From the IMG/VR virus record IMGVR_UViG_3300025671_000004, positions 1,865 through 65,864 of that record: a DNA stretch of 64,000 nucleotides. One strand, 5' to 3'. A program made the position numbers and the translations under genes. The notes beneath the pieces are model-generated. The model was not told the DNA's origin. It did no database searches and was given only the letters and a program-made list of their open reading frames with translations. The stretch comes from a virus. Taxonomy: Duplodnaviria; Caudoviricetes. Shown here piece by piece: positions 1-7,929 of the stretch (positions within the stretch are counted from its first letter, which is position 1; each line of letters starts with the position of its first letter).

Positions 1-987
1 TACCTTGGCGACAAATCCCAAGTCTGATGTGGAGGCAATGCTCAGGTCATCACCTGTTTTTTCGCTGAAAAACGTAGCACCAACGCTCAAGGCGATGTCA
101 CCCATGATTTCATGGCGCCTAAAACCGAAATCGGGCGCACTAACCACGCAAAATTTCAGTCCGTTCTTCACAACGTTCGCAGAAAGTGTGTTAATCACGT
201 TCTGAGAGCAGTCTCCTATGATCAAAAGCGGGGCGCGATTCTGAACCACCGGCTTGATGATGTTTTCAATTTGAACAATGTCGGTAACCTCCATCTCAGT
301 CACCAACACATACGCATTTTCGAGTATACACTCGTCCTTTTTGTAGTTGTTGATGAAAGATTGAGACGCCATACCGCGCTTGACGCGTATTCCACTCACA
401 ACCTTGGTGTGCGTGTTGGGCGTATCCGACTTTTCCACCGTGACTATCCCATTCTTTCCAACAGATTTGTAGACCTCGGAGATGATTTCCCCGATCTCTT
501 TGTCGTTGTTGGCAGAAATGGTGGCTATGGACTTCATGTCATCCTCGGATATCTCAGTAGACATGCTCTCGAGCTCACCAATAATCTCCTCACAAACCTT
601 GTTGATGTTCGAAACCAAGGCAGATTTGTTGTCCTCCTTGGATGTCATGGCCATGGCCTCTTTGATGATGGCCTCAGCCAACACAATTGACGTTGTGGTT
701 CCATCTCCTGCAACCAAAGCAGTCTTGTCCGCCGCTTGGCGGATGACTCTTACGGCGAGATTCTCCACCGGGTCTAAAAGTTCGATCGACTTGGCGACTG
801 TTACACCATCCTTGGTGATGGTTAGCGAAGAAGTTAGGTGAGGTGACTCGATTAGCACCGTGTTGCCACTAGGCCCTAATGTACTGCCAACGGCTTTTGA
901 GATTTTTGAAATGCCCGAGATGAGCTTTCTGCGACCCTCTTCATCGAAGAATAGGTCCTTTGGGTAATAACCTGATTGTTGATTCAT
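1..987 (-). CDS. groEL: Phage-encoded chaperonin GroEL (N-terminal 329 codons; runs off the window edge)
   Basis: Manual translation from ATG at 987: MNQQSGYYPKDLFFDEEGRRKL...STLGPSG...ITKDGVTVAKSI...AGDGTTTS, containing the Cpn60 signature motifs. Not in the ORF track because it has no stop inside the window. Confidence 0.95.
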   Translation of the reverse strand, partial: MNQQSGYYPKDLFFDEEGRRKLISGISKISKAVGSTLGPSGNTVLIESPHLTSSLTITKDGVTVAKSIELLDPVENLAVRVIRQAADKTALVAGDGTTTSIVLAEAIIKEAMAMTSKEDNKSALVSNINKVCEEIIGELESMSTEISEDDMKSIATISANNDKEIGEIISEVYKSVGKNGIVTVEKSDTPNTHTKVVSGIRVKRGMASQSFINNYKKDECILENAYVLVTEMEVTDIVQIENIIKPVVQNRAPLLIIGDCSQNVINTLSANVVKNGLKFCVVSAPDFGFRRHEIMGDIALSVGATFFSEKTGDDLSIASTSDLGFVAKV

Positions 988-1007
988 TGAATTTCGATTT
1001 GGTGAGG

Positions 1008-1038
1008 CAAATGTAATCAGAGGATTTTAAAAACCAAA
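1008..1038 (-). promoter_or_regulatory. Bacteroidetes housekeeping-type promoter for groEL
   Basis: TTTG-N19-TACATTTG on the - strand matches the -33/-7 consensus, 20 nt upstream of the ATG. Confidence 0.75.
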
Positions 1039-1051
1039 ATAAAATGTTGCT

Positions 1052-1360
1052 ATGTCGAAATGTCGAAATGGTTCGCCCCTTTTCTCTCTTATATACTTCC
1101 CCCTTTCTTTTTATTCTTTTTTTTTCCTCTATATAGCTTTTAATAATTAACAAAATTAACATAAGTATTAATAATCAATAAGTTAAGTAAAAAATAGCGT
1201 CATAAAAGAGACAGAAATTGTGTCGAAAAGAGAAAATTATGTCGAAAATAAATTGGGTTTAAAAAAGGGGATTTTTGGAGTGATAGTAATGCTATCGATA
1301 AATTTCTGAAGAATGTCGATTTTGAAATGGTATCCTGACGAATTTTTGTCGGCGATATGA
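1052..1360. other. Putative replication origin or terminus element (TGTCG repeats around a pyrimidine/AT-rich tract)
   Basis: At least 6 TGTCG(A) repeats flanking a T-rich then A-rich tract; resembles 14233-14400. Confidence 0.45.
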
Positions 1361-1501
1361 CGATTTTTTGGGAGAGATATGGGGGGATTTTGGGTTATAT
1401 ATATGATTTCACGGAAAAGCCCCCGATGTGAAAACGATCAAAAGTTGGGGTGGGGGGTGCTATTTTCTAAAAAAGGCTGCATTTTTTTGGCTTTTTTGCT
1501 G

Positions 1502-1950
1502 TAAGTGGCTGACTATCAATCAGTTATGGGTTCCAAAAGCCCATAGGTCAGCCGTTTTTCGTAACTCGTTGATAATCAAGCAGTTATGGTTTCGGTGGGT
1601 TTGGCTGTTTTATAGGTATCAAAGCCCGAAAAGTGTACAAATTTTGGACAGCAGCTAAGTTGCTGATTCTCAGAGTAATAGACAAAATTTTGCGTAACTA
1701 ATTGATTCTCAGCACTTTACTAAGTGCTTGGTAATCAATCACTTACAACTTTCAAGCCCTAATTTCAAACCCAATTTCGCCGAAAATCACGATTTTTCAA
1801 TCGCTGTAACTTGTTGATTTTTAGGACATTACGCCGCCCACTTGATGCCGTTGGAAGGAAAAGTGTAGACTATTTTGGACATGTTTGTCTACTATATTGG
1901 ACAAAATTTAGGTCATGCCAAAACGTAACTCGCTGATTATCAAGCAGTTA
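1502..1950. repeat. Array of seven 25-bp quasi-palindromes TAAST-N3-TGATWNTCA-N4-TTA containing IHF consensus WATCAANNNNTTR
   Basis: Copies start at 1502, 1562, 1656, 1695, 1721, 1807 and 1926; related copies lie near 1167 and 11511. Confidence 0.8.
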
Positions 1951-1955
1951 GCTTT

Positions 1956-1972
1956 TTGGCATGTCGCTTGCT
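1956..1972 (+). promoter_or_regulatory. sigma54 (-24/-12)-type promoter upstream of the early region
   Basis: TTGGCATGTCGCTTGCT has exact GG-N10-GC spacing, directly after an IHF-consensus site. Confidence 0.6.
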
Positions 1973-2072
1973 ATACATTACATGTCGCAGGATGCCTATT
2001 ATTGGTAACGGCGACTCGGAAAGGTTGCCCGATACGCAACCACTAATATAAACAAACCAAATTTATTTTATC

Positions 2073-2651
2073 ATGTCAAATTCAAATGCAAAGGTTGCGA
2101 ATGGCGCAACCAAACCAAAAACCAAAACAATTAAGCTTGAAAGCAATGAACGCGCTGTAGTCAATGCCATAAAAAATGGCATGCGCTCACTTGAAACCCA
2201 CTCTATTAATGGTCTTGAGAAAGCCGTAAACATTGGGCGCGAGTTCCTAAAATTGCGTCAATTTTGGAATGACAGATTAAGCTCGCTGTATCGTGAGCAG
2301 GGTGTTAATTGGAAACAATTCGTCTCAACCACCATTGGTAAGGACTATACATGGCTTACTAGGTTGGCGAATTGCGCCAAAATTAAGGACAGCGATGCGT
2401 CCGTTTACGAAGGGTTTCTATCAGATGCTAAAGTATTGGGCTTCCCGGTCACGCCGGAAGGGTTGATAGCTTTCGCTAATGGCAAGGATGGAAGTAAGGG
2501 CAACAAAGGTAAAACACCACCGGCGGACGTCATCCGTTTCAATGGCCTTGAGGCTAAGTTCAAGGACGGCAAGTTCGAAATAGTCAAGGGCGACCGCAAG
2601 AAGGTCGAAGCCCTTGTAAAATACTTGCAAGGCGAATTGAAGAATATGTAA
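2073..2651 (+). CDS. First early protein, basic, DUF3102-like helical region (possible nucleic-acid binder)
   Basis: 192-aa ORF with an A-rich leader; AVNIGREFLKLR...WKQFV pattern; followed by a terminator. Confidence 0.75.
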   Translation: MSNSNAKVANGATKPKTKTIKLESNERAVVNAIKNGMRSLETHSINGLEKAVNIGREFLKLRQFWNDRLSSLYREQGVNWKQFVSTTIGKDYTWLTRLANCAKIKDSDASVYEGFLSDAKVLGFPVTPEGLIAFANGKDGSKGNKGKTPPADVIRFNGLEAKFKDGKFEIVKGDRKKVEALVKYLQGELKNM

Positions 2652-2658
2652 TTCTTTT

Positions 2659-2688
2659 GAGGCGGGCTTCGGCTCGCCTCTTTTTTTT
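2659..2688 (+). terminator. Intrinsic terminator after the first early gene
   Basis: GAGGCGGGC-TTCG-GCTCGCCTC followed by T8. Confidence 0.9.
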
Positions 2689-2732
2689 CGTTCACACTCA
2701 TCACACTCATCATGTGCCGAGCTGAACGCTTT

Positions 2733-2793
2733 TTGCTGTTTTGGAAAGGTTGCGCGGACGCAACCATGTGCGGTTCGATTCCGCAGCAGCAAC
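2733..2793 (+). ncRNA. D-armless tRNA-like element 1
   Basis: Acceptor TTGCTGT/GCAGCAA, T-arm TGCGG-TTCGATT-CCGCA, middle arm is the GGTTGCG/CGCAACC hairpin. Confidence 0.6.
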
Positions 2794-2794
2794 T

Positions 2795-3016
2795 ATGGAA
2801 ACTTTAAATAAAATTCAAGCCGCATTCAACGTGTGGCACAACGGAGGTCTGCAGACCTCATCGTTTTACTCTGCGAGCGAAGATGAGGCTCGCATGGACG
2901 CGTTCATCGAGCGCTCAGAAGAGCAGCTCGAAACCAATTCGAGTTTCACCTTACTCACGTTCACCGATGAGGATGAGGCGTGGGAAGAGTGGTGTATTTA
3001 TAATGAACAATCTTAA
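2795..3016 (+). CDS. Acidic hypothetical early protein
   Basis: ATG at 2795 (METLNK...) immediately after the tRNA-like element. Confidence 0.65.
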   Translation: METLNKIQAAFNVWHNGGLQTSSFYSASEDEARMDAFIERSEEQLETNSSFTLLTFTDEDEAWEEWCIYNEQS

Positions 3017-3051
3017 CAGGTTGCGTAGACGCAACCATAAACCAAAAACAT

Positions 3052-3420
3052 ATGAAAATAAAAGTATTCTATGAATTATTCGAGCGCATTGAATCGGTGT
3101 TCGATGAGCGCGGTAACGTTAAAAGTCGCAAAGCATGCACCAAACGTGTGCTTGGTAACAAGATTGATACCACCATTAAAAATGATGGTATTCATGGAAA
3201 GAACTTAATCCTGCATGAGTATATCGGGTCTGAGTTGACTGAAGTATCAATGCCGCACCACAAAGCGGTCAGCTTAGTTGATGAGCTGTCGAAGTATTAC
3301 TTAGGGAAGGTAGCCCACCAAAATGGTGTGGAATGGAATGAAATGCTCTTTGAGAAATACCTTCATTACAGGAGCGTGTACGGAGAATTATTAGGACTTA
3401 AAAAACCACAGGTTGCGTAG
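3052..3420 (+). CDS. Hypothetical early protein flanked by 31-bp direct repeats
   Basis: 122-aa ORF with an A-rich leader. Confidence 0.7.
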   Translation: MKIKVFYELFERIESVFDERGNVKSRKACTKRVLGNKIDTTIKNDGIHGKNLILHEYIGSELTEVSMPHHKAVSLVDELSKYYLGKVAHQNGVEWNEMLFEKYLHYRSVYGELLGLKKPQVA

Positions 3421-3449
3421 ACGCAACCATAAACCAAATAATAAAAAAA

Positions 3450-3659
3450 ATGAAAAAATCAATCATTGGACTCTTGGAAGTCCTCGCAATCTACATGGCA
3501 TCTATCATATTGATAAATGCCTTTTTTATGCTACTGAGAATACTAGTATTCTTCACACTCAGCATCGAGTGGGCGGATTCTTTAGGGCTCGCAATCTTCG
3601 GGTTTTGTGTGAGCATAGTAGGAGGGTTTATCGTACTACATATTAGATATGATGAATGA
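3450..3659 (+). CDS. Small membrane protein (2 TM)
   Basis: 69 aa with two hydrophobic stretches. Confidence 0.65.
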   Translation: MKKSIIGLLEVLAIYMASIILINAFFMLLRILVFFTLSIEWADSLGLAIFGFCVSIVGGFIVLHIRYDE

Positions 3660-3918
3660 GCATTTCTCAGCTATCCGCAGGAAGTATAGTACTGCGGATA
3701 CGCGCACTTTTCGAGCCATGACCACCAAGTGGTTGAACTCGATGGAAAGTATTGACGTGAAGTCGTTGGACATTATCATGTACGACCGCAGACTCAGAGG
3801 TCTGTATAAAGTGTACCTTCAAGATGACGGCGATTACCACCTCACCAAAAGGTTGCGAAACGGCGCAACCATAAAACGTTGGAAAGTAAAAAGAAAGCAA
3901 TGGAACACAGAAAGTTAA
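3649..3918 (+). CDS. Hypothetical protein
   Basis: Coupled ORF in the early operon. Confidence 0.6.
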   Translation: MMNEHFSAIRRKYSTADTRTFRAMTTKWLNSMESIDVKSLDIIMYDRRLRGLYKVYLQDDGDYHLTKRLRNGATIKRWKVKRKQWNTES

Positions 3919-4094
3919 CGCGCGAAAGAATGGACGACCACCATGCGTGGTTGTACCAAGGTGCGATATCCGAAGAGGAGGCGAGAATGCTTCAGATCGA
4001 AAGCGGATACCACCCGAATGGATATGGTTTCTTTGAGTTCAAGTTGAACGCAGATGGAACCACAAGTTGGAAGTGTTGGGATTCATGCGATTGA
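3900..4094 (+). CDS. Hypothetical protein
   Basis: ATG at 3900; GYHPNGYG...WKCWDSCD. Confidence 0.65.
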   Translation: MEHRKLTRERMDDHHAWLYQGAISEEEARMLQIESGYHPNGYGFFEFKLNADGTTSWKCWDSCD

Positions 4095-4095
4095 T

Positions 4096-4380
4096 ATGGT
4101 GAAGTTCAAGATATACCAAGTTGGCGACCAAATAATGGTCGAGAAACCAACTGCAGGCGAGCCATGCGTATTCATGAGCAAAATGAACCTATTTGAGATG
4201 TTTGTATCCGTATCTGATACGTTCGAGGTCGTCATAGACTCATACACCCATTTATACATGGGCGAGTTCAAGTGCGATGTAAAGCCAAACAAGAGACGTT
4301 GGATGTTTAGGATACTCAGTTGGACAGAACAGATTATTGCTTACCAAAACCAAAAGAGATATGAGATACCGAGTAATTAA
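4096..4380 (+). CDS. Hypothetical protein
   Basis: ATG 1 nt after the previous stop. Confidence 0.6.
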   Translation: MVKFKIYQVGDQIMVEKPTAGEPCVFMSKMNLFEMFVSVSDTFEVVIDSYTHLYMGEFKCDVKPNKRRWMFRILSWTEQIIAYQNQKRYEIPSN

Positions 4381-4672
4381 ATCAACCATTGATGAGTCGT
4401 TCGACATCATCACAGAGAATGGCGGAGTGGCGTACTTCCACTACGCTGACGACAATTTCGTCACAAAGTACTTCACGAGAGGTCTTAGTGACTGCACTAA
4501 TTCAGACTATGTATGGGACGAACTATCCGAGGGTAAAATTTACACCAAGGATTGGGAGGGCACACCGACCTTTGACGAGGTGGTCAAAGATGCTTTGGGA
4601 TGGCTTGTCTTCCCCGAACCCGAGACATGGGAGCATGACGAGAATTTATGGACTGAGATTTTCCCTAAGTAA
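4361..4672 (+). CDS. Acidic hypothetical protein
   Basis: ATG at 4361; packed in the operon. Confidence 0.65.
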   Translation: MRYRVIKSTIDESFDIITENGGVAYFHYADDNFVTKYFTRGLSDCTNSDYVWDELSEGKIYTKDWEGTPTFDEVVKDALGWLVFPEPETWEHDENLWTEIFPK

Positions 4673-4711
4673 AACAAGGTTGCGAAATCGCAACCATAAA
4701 AATCAAATCAA

Positions 4712-5029
4712 ATGAAAAAAATGTCATTCGCTAGAGTGAAGTCCCTCCAAAAGTTGGCAGGGTACTCAGAGATGCAAGACTTAATCGACAGCGGTCTTGC
4801 ATGGAAATTAGAAGGGTCTGTCGGTCGTTCGGCTATGGACTGCCTAAGGTCGGGAGCATGCATGCTTCCGCTGCAGGTTCACTATGATGCCTATGGTAAT
4901 CGAATACCATCGAGGCATGAAATTGTTCCGGGAAGCACAGGTTCATTCAAGCTATCCCAACAATTTTGGGAAGAGAACGAAGACCTTGCATGGGCTGACC
5001 TATATGAAGAAGAGGAGGAACACGCATGA
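4712..5029 (+). CDS. Hypothetical protein
   Basis: 105 aa; LIDSGLAWKLEGSVGRSAM and DAYGNRIPSR motifs of a recurring phage family. Confidence 0.75.
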   Translation: MKKMSFARVKSLQKLAGYSEMQDLIDSGLAWKLEGSVGRSAMDCLRSGACMLPLQVHYDAYGNRIPSRHEIVPGSTGSFKLSQQFWEENEDLAWADLYEEEEEHA

Positions 5030-5265
5030 GTAAACGACCTATCTACAAGATTGCAGATGAAATATCTGCGAAATGGCCAAAACCATACTTTGGTGCTGAG
5101 CCATACTTAAGAGCAATGCGATACGTTTCGGCACCCGAAGATAGATTCGGGCATGACAATGGACGAACGTTAGCTATATACTTCCTTGCCAATGCGCAAA
5201 GTTTTAGGGGAAATGATGCCCGAAGATTGAAAGCAGAGCTGAAGTCTGTCTGCGACATTAAATAG
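5026..5265 (+). CDS. Hypothetical protein
   Basis: ATGA overlap; YFGAEPYL...YFLANA...RG..ARRLKAELK pattern of a recurring phage family. Confidence 0.75.
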   Translation: MSKRPIYKIADEISAKWPKPYFGAEPYLRAMRYVSAPEDRFGHDNGRTLAIYFLANAQSFRGNDARRLKAELKSVCDIK

Positions 5266-5271
5266 ACTTCA

Positions 5272-5354
5272 TTCCGGTAATGGTTGGGCGCGTATTAAAA
5301 TCAGTAACGCGAAAGAGATGCTTGCCCATGGGTTCGACTCCCATGCCGGAGCCA
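5272..5354 (+). ncRNA. D-armless tRNA-like element 2
   Basis: Acceptor TTCCGGT/GCCGGAG, T-arm ATGGG-TTCGACT-CCCAT, middle arm closed by GGGC/GCCC; fills an intergenic gap. Confidence 0.6.
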
Positions 5355-5371
5355 TTTTTAAAAACAAAACA

Positions 5372-5665
5372 ATGAGAAAAATTACACAACAAGCAATCGA
5401 TGCCTTCAATGGTAACAAGCCATTCAAGAGCGGAAACACAGAAATCGAGGTTGCCTCAAGGGCAACCATCATGAAGCTATTCGGTAACGAAATAGCTTTC
5501 AAGTATCACGAAGACAACTCTCTATGGATAACCAATTGCGGTTGGGACTCAGCCACCACAAAGGATAGACTCAATGCCTTAGATGGGGTAAGTATCCAAC
5601 AAGCCAAAGGTAAATGGTACCTCAATGGAGAGTTATGGAACGGCAAAATCATTCAAATAAAATAA
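5372..5665 (+). CDS. Hypothetical protein
   Basis: MRKITQQ...GW..ATTKDRLNAL; A-rich leader. Confidence 0.75.
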   Translation: MRKITQQAIDAFNGNKPFKSGNTEIEVASRATIMKLFGNEIAFKYHEDNSLWITNCGWDSATTKDRLNALDGVSIQQAKGKWYLNGELWNGKIIQIK

Positions 5666-5666
5666 T

Positions 5667-6023
5667 ATGAAAAAGCAATTAGAGCGTTTGATTCACCTAT
5701 CGGAACACTACTGCGAAGTGACTAGGTTGTTACTCGATGGTAGGGATGGTCACCTTTCCGTTACAAGTTCGGCAAAACAGCTCATGACCACAAGGGATAC
5801 ATTGACCGATATCCCTATCGAGTCTACAACGAGGATAACTGTTTATCAAGATGTTAACTGTCGAGATAGAACAGGATTCTGTGTTGAGTTTGATGACATT
5901 GAGGTAAGGTTCTTTGGGCGTAAAGCCGAAGTTACCACGACCATTCTCAGCGAGAGAGAGTACTCGGAGATATCTGCAGAAGCATTAAGAGTTCTTAAAG
6001 CCTTAAAGAAATGGACAAAGTAA
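5667..6023 (+). CDS. Hypothetical protein
   Basis: Operon-packed ORF. Confidence 0.65.
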   Translation: MKKQLERLIHLSEHYCEVTRLLLDGRDGHLSVTSSAKQLMTTRDTLTDIPIESTTRITVYQDVNCRDRTGFCVEFDDIEVRFFGRKAEVTTTILSEREYSEISAEALRVLKALKKWTK

Positions 6024-6250
6024 TCACACTCATAGAGCCCTCTGTAGGTTGCGCGTTCGCAACCATAAAGCAACGCAGGTTTTACTTAGCCACGCTGATG
6101 TCTATGTATGTACACCTATCATCGATCTTCGAAGGGTTTCGATCCTTCCATGTAGATGGTGGTGGCAAGATTAGGAATGGGTGTAGGCTTGTGGTTAGGA
6201 CAAAGGGCGGCGAAATTACGTTGTATGTTTCAATAACAGACTTGCTATGA
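6011..6250 (+). CDS. Hypothetical protein
   Basis: Overlaps both neighbours; contains a hairpin copy. Confidence 0.55.
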   Translation: MDKVITLIEPSVGCAFATIKQRRFYLATLMSMYVHLSSIFEGFRSFHVDGGGKIRNGCRLVVRTKGGEITLYVSITDLL

Positions 6251-6732
6251 GTACACCTAGATACTATATCATTTGGATCGAAGGTCTTAACGTTAGAAGT
6301 GGAGAGAAGATACTCTCCATTTCTGACGATGGTATTGAGTATACCACCTCCATGAGTCGGGCATTGCGAGTCAAACCTCGTGACCTCTTAGACTTTGTCG
6401 AGAGAATCAGACCATTCGTTTCTGAATGGGCTATCAAGTCTCCTTCAACCTATGTGCCAACCGAGTACGCAAAGAAGGGCACGATATGGATGTTGAATGG
6501 GCCTCGAACGAGGATAAGTAATAAACCTCCAAAAAGGAATCCATTCGGTCTCGCAGCTCTCGATGTAAACAAGTGGACGTACTATGGGTGCGTGATAGAA
6601 TTGAGGGAAGACAACCCCGATCCGGATGAACGATACATGGTCACAAAGAATGGCGTCCTTGTTGGCTATGGTAGATTTTTTGAGAACGCCAAAAGTATAT
6701 GCAGGCAATTTGCAAATTATAAACACCAATAA
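6247..6732 (+). CDS. Two-domain hypothetical protein; C-terminal domain resembles 19329..19541
   Basis: ATGA overlap; W.Y.GC.I motif. Confidence 0.65.
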   Translation: MSTPRYYIIWIEGLNVRSGEKILSISDDGIEYTTSMSRALRVKPRDLLDFVERIRPFVSEWAIKSPSTYVPTEYAKKGTIWMLNGPRTRISNKPPKRNPFGLAALDVNKWTYYGCVIELREDNPDPDERYMVTKNGVLVGYGRFFENAKSICRQFANYKHQ

Positions 6733-6742
6733 AAAAAACAAA

Positions 6743-7069
6743 ATGAAAAAGACATTCACATTTATTTCCATGTCAACAGATGCAGAGTGGGATAGCATCG
6801 ACTTTGACACAGTCATTGTAGACATGAACAAGCAAGACGAAGATGCGATCAAGTTGGCTAGGAAGTTCGCCATGAACAATGCCATTGTATCGCTAAATGT
6901 TAAGTGTACCTCCGGTGTAGAGTACATGGAAGATAGAGAGGAAGCGCATCCGGAGTGGCCACATGATGGGTTCGAGTACTTGATACTCAAGGATTCAATC
7001 TTTCTGTATGCAGAGAATTCGTACAACCCAAGCAGTAATATAGAACTTATGTTGGAGGATGACTTATGA
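6743..7069 (+). CDS. Acidic hypothetical protein
   Basis: ATG at 6743 after an A-rich leader. Confidence 0.7.
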   Translation: MKKTFTFISMSTDAEWDSIDFDTVIVDMNKQDEDAIKLARKFAMNNAIVSLNVKCTSGVEYMEDREEAHPEWPHDGFEYLILKDSIFLYAENSYNPSSNIELMLEDDL

Positions 7070-7388
7070 TAAATACGATATGGATATAATAGAATCAAAC
7101 AAAGTAATCGCCAAGTTCTTAGGCTACAATGTAGTAGATAAGCCAAAGGTAGTAAACGGAGAAAACTTCTTTGAGTATTTTGACGAAGAGAAAGGGTACA
7201 GCATATGTGGTACATCTCTAAAGTTTCATTACTCATGGAATCACCTCATGCCGGTCATTGCGAGGTTGACCTCGCTCGTCCCAATTGAAATATCGCAGGG
7301 CATCACACCCTTCATGCTTCTTGACAATATCGGTAGAGTGCATGCAGAGGTGGTTGAAATAATTCAATGGTACAACCAAAATAAATAA
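7059..7388 (+). CDS. SWxxLMPV-motif phage protein, paralog 1
   Basis: ESNKVIAKF...FHYSWNHLMPV...IIQWYNQ. Confidence 0.75.
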   Translation: MTYDKYDMDIIESNKVIAKFLGYNVVDKPKVVNGENFFEYFDEEKGYSICGTSLKFHYSWNHLMPVIARLTSLVPIEISQGITPFMLLDNIGRVHAEVVEIIQWYNQNK

Positions 7389-7390
7389 TC

Positions 7391-7681
7391 ATGAACACAA
7401 CAGAATCAAACAGACTCATAGCTGAGTTTATGGCAGGTGGAGACAGTCTCTACCTGCAGAGAGACTACATCACAGAGCAGTACTACCCTTTCGACTCCAA
7501 GGAATTAGCGTTCCATATCTCATGGGATTGGCTAATGCCGGTGGTAGAAAGAGTATCGTCAATGATTTACGGTGGAACGGTGTACGATTTACGAGGGGCG
7601 CTACTTAATGCAGACATCGATCGTGTGTACAAAGAGCTTGTAGAGATAATTGAATGGTATAACCAAAAGCAAACATCATGA
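7391..7681 (+). CDS. SWxxLMPV-motif phage protein, paralog 2
   Basis: ESNRLIAEF...FHISWDWLMPV...IIEWYNQ. Confidence 0.75.
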   Translation: MNTTESNRLIAEFMAGGDSLYLQRDYITEQYYPFDSKELAFHISWDWLMPVVERVSSMIYGGTVYDLRGALLNADIDRVYKELVEIIEWYNQKQTS

Positions 7682-7920
7682 ACAAGTGGGAATTAGAAAT
7701 GGCCGGTGGTGACGAGAATATACTCGTCAGACAAATCAATGGCCGAATAACAAAAGCAAGGTACAAGCTCATCAATAGATGGGCGCGAAGGAATAGTGTT
7801 CGATCGGAGTATTGTGGGTGCCCGCACGACTGCTGTGGGTGCCATGTGCGGACTTGGGTAGATGTAGAGTTTACCAAGAGTGGAGCTACACTAACGATGA
7901 CAGAGTGCTTTAATTACTAA
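7678..7920 (+). CDS. Cys-rich small protein, probably metal-binding
   Basis: CGCPHDCCGC motif. Confidence 0.7.
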   Translation: MNKWELEMAGGDENILVRQINGRITKARYKLINRWARRNSVRSEYCGCPHDCCGCHVRTWVDVEFTKSGATLTMTECFNY

Positions 7921-7929
7921 TATAGACCT

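Noticed and set aside
5-841. + strand ORFs 5..205, 112..690 and 482..841
   Set aside because: Antisense shadows of the - strand groEL.
941-1658. ORFs 941..1162 and 1428..1658
   Set aside because: They lie over low-complexity, repeat-rich control DNA and have no convincing start or protein-like composition.
2361-2380. AGGTTGGCGAATTGCGCCAA as an eleventh hairpin copy
   Set aside because: Different stem (TTGGCG/CGCCAA) and no CC-A 3' end; may be coincidental.
2692-2712. TCACACTCA tandem duplication after the terminator
   Set aside because: Only two short copies with no further support.
2733-5354. TTCGA-containing elements as true tRNA genes
   Set aside because: No D stem and no canonical anticodon stem-loop; kept as tRNA-like elements only.
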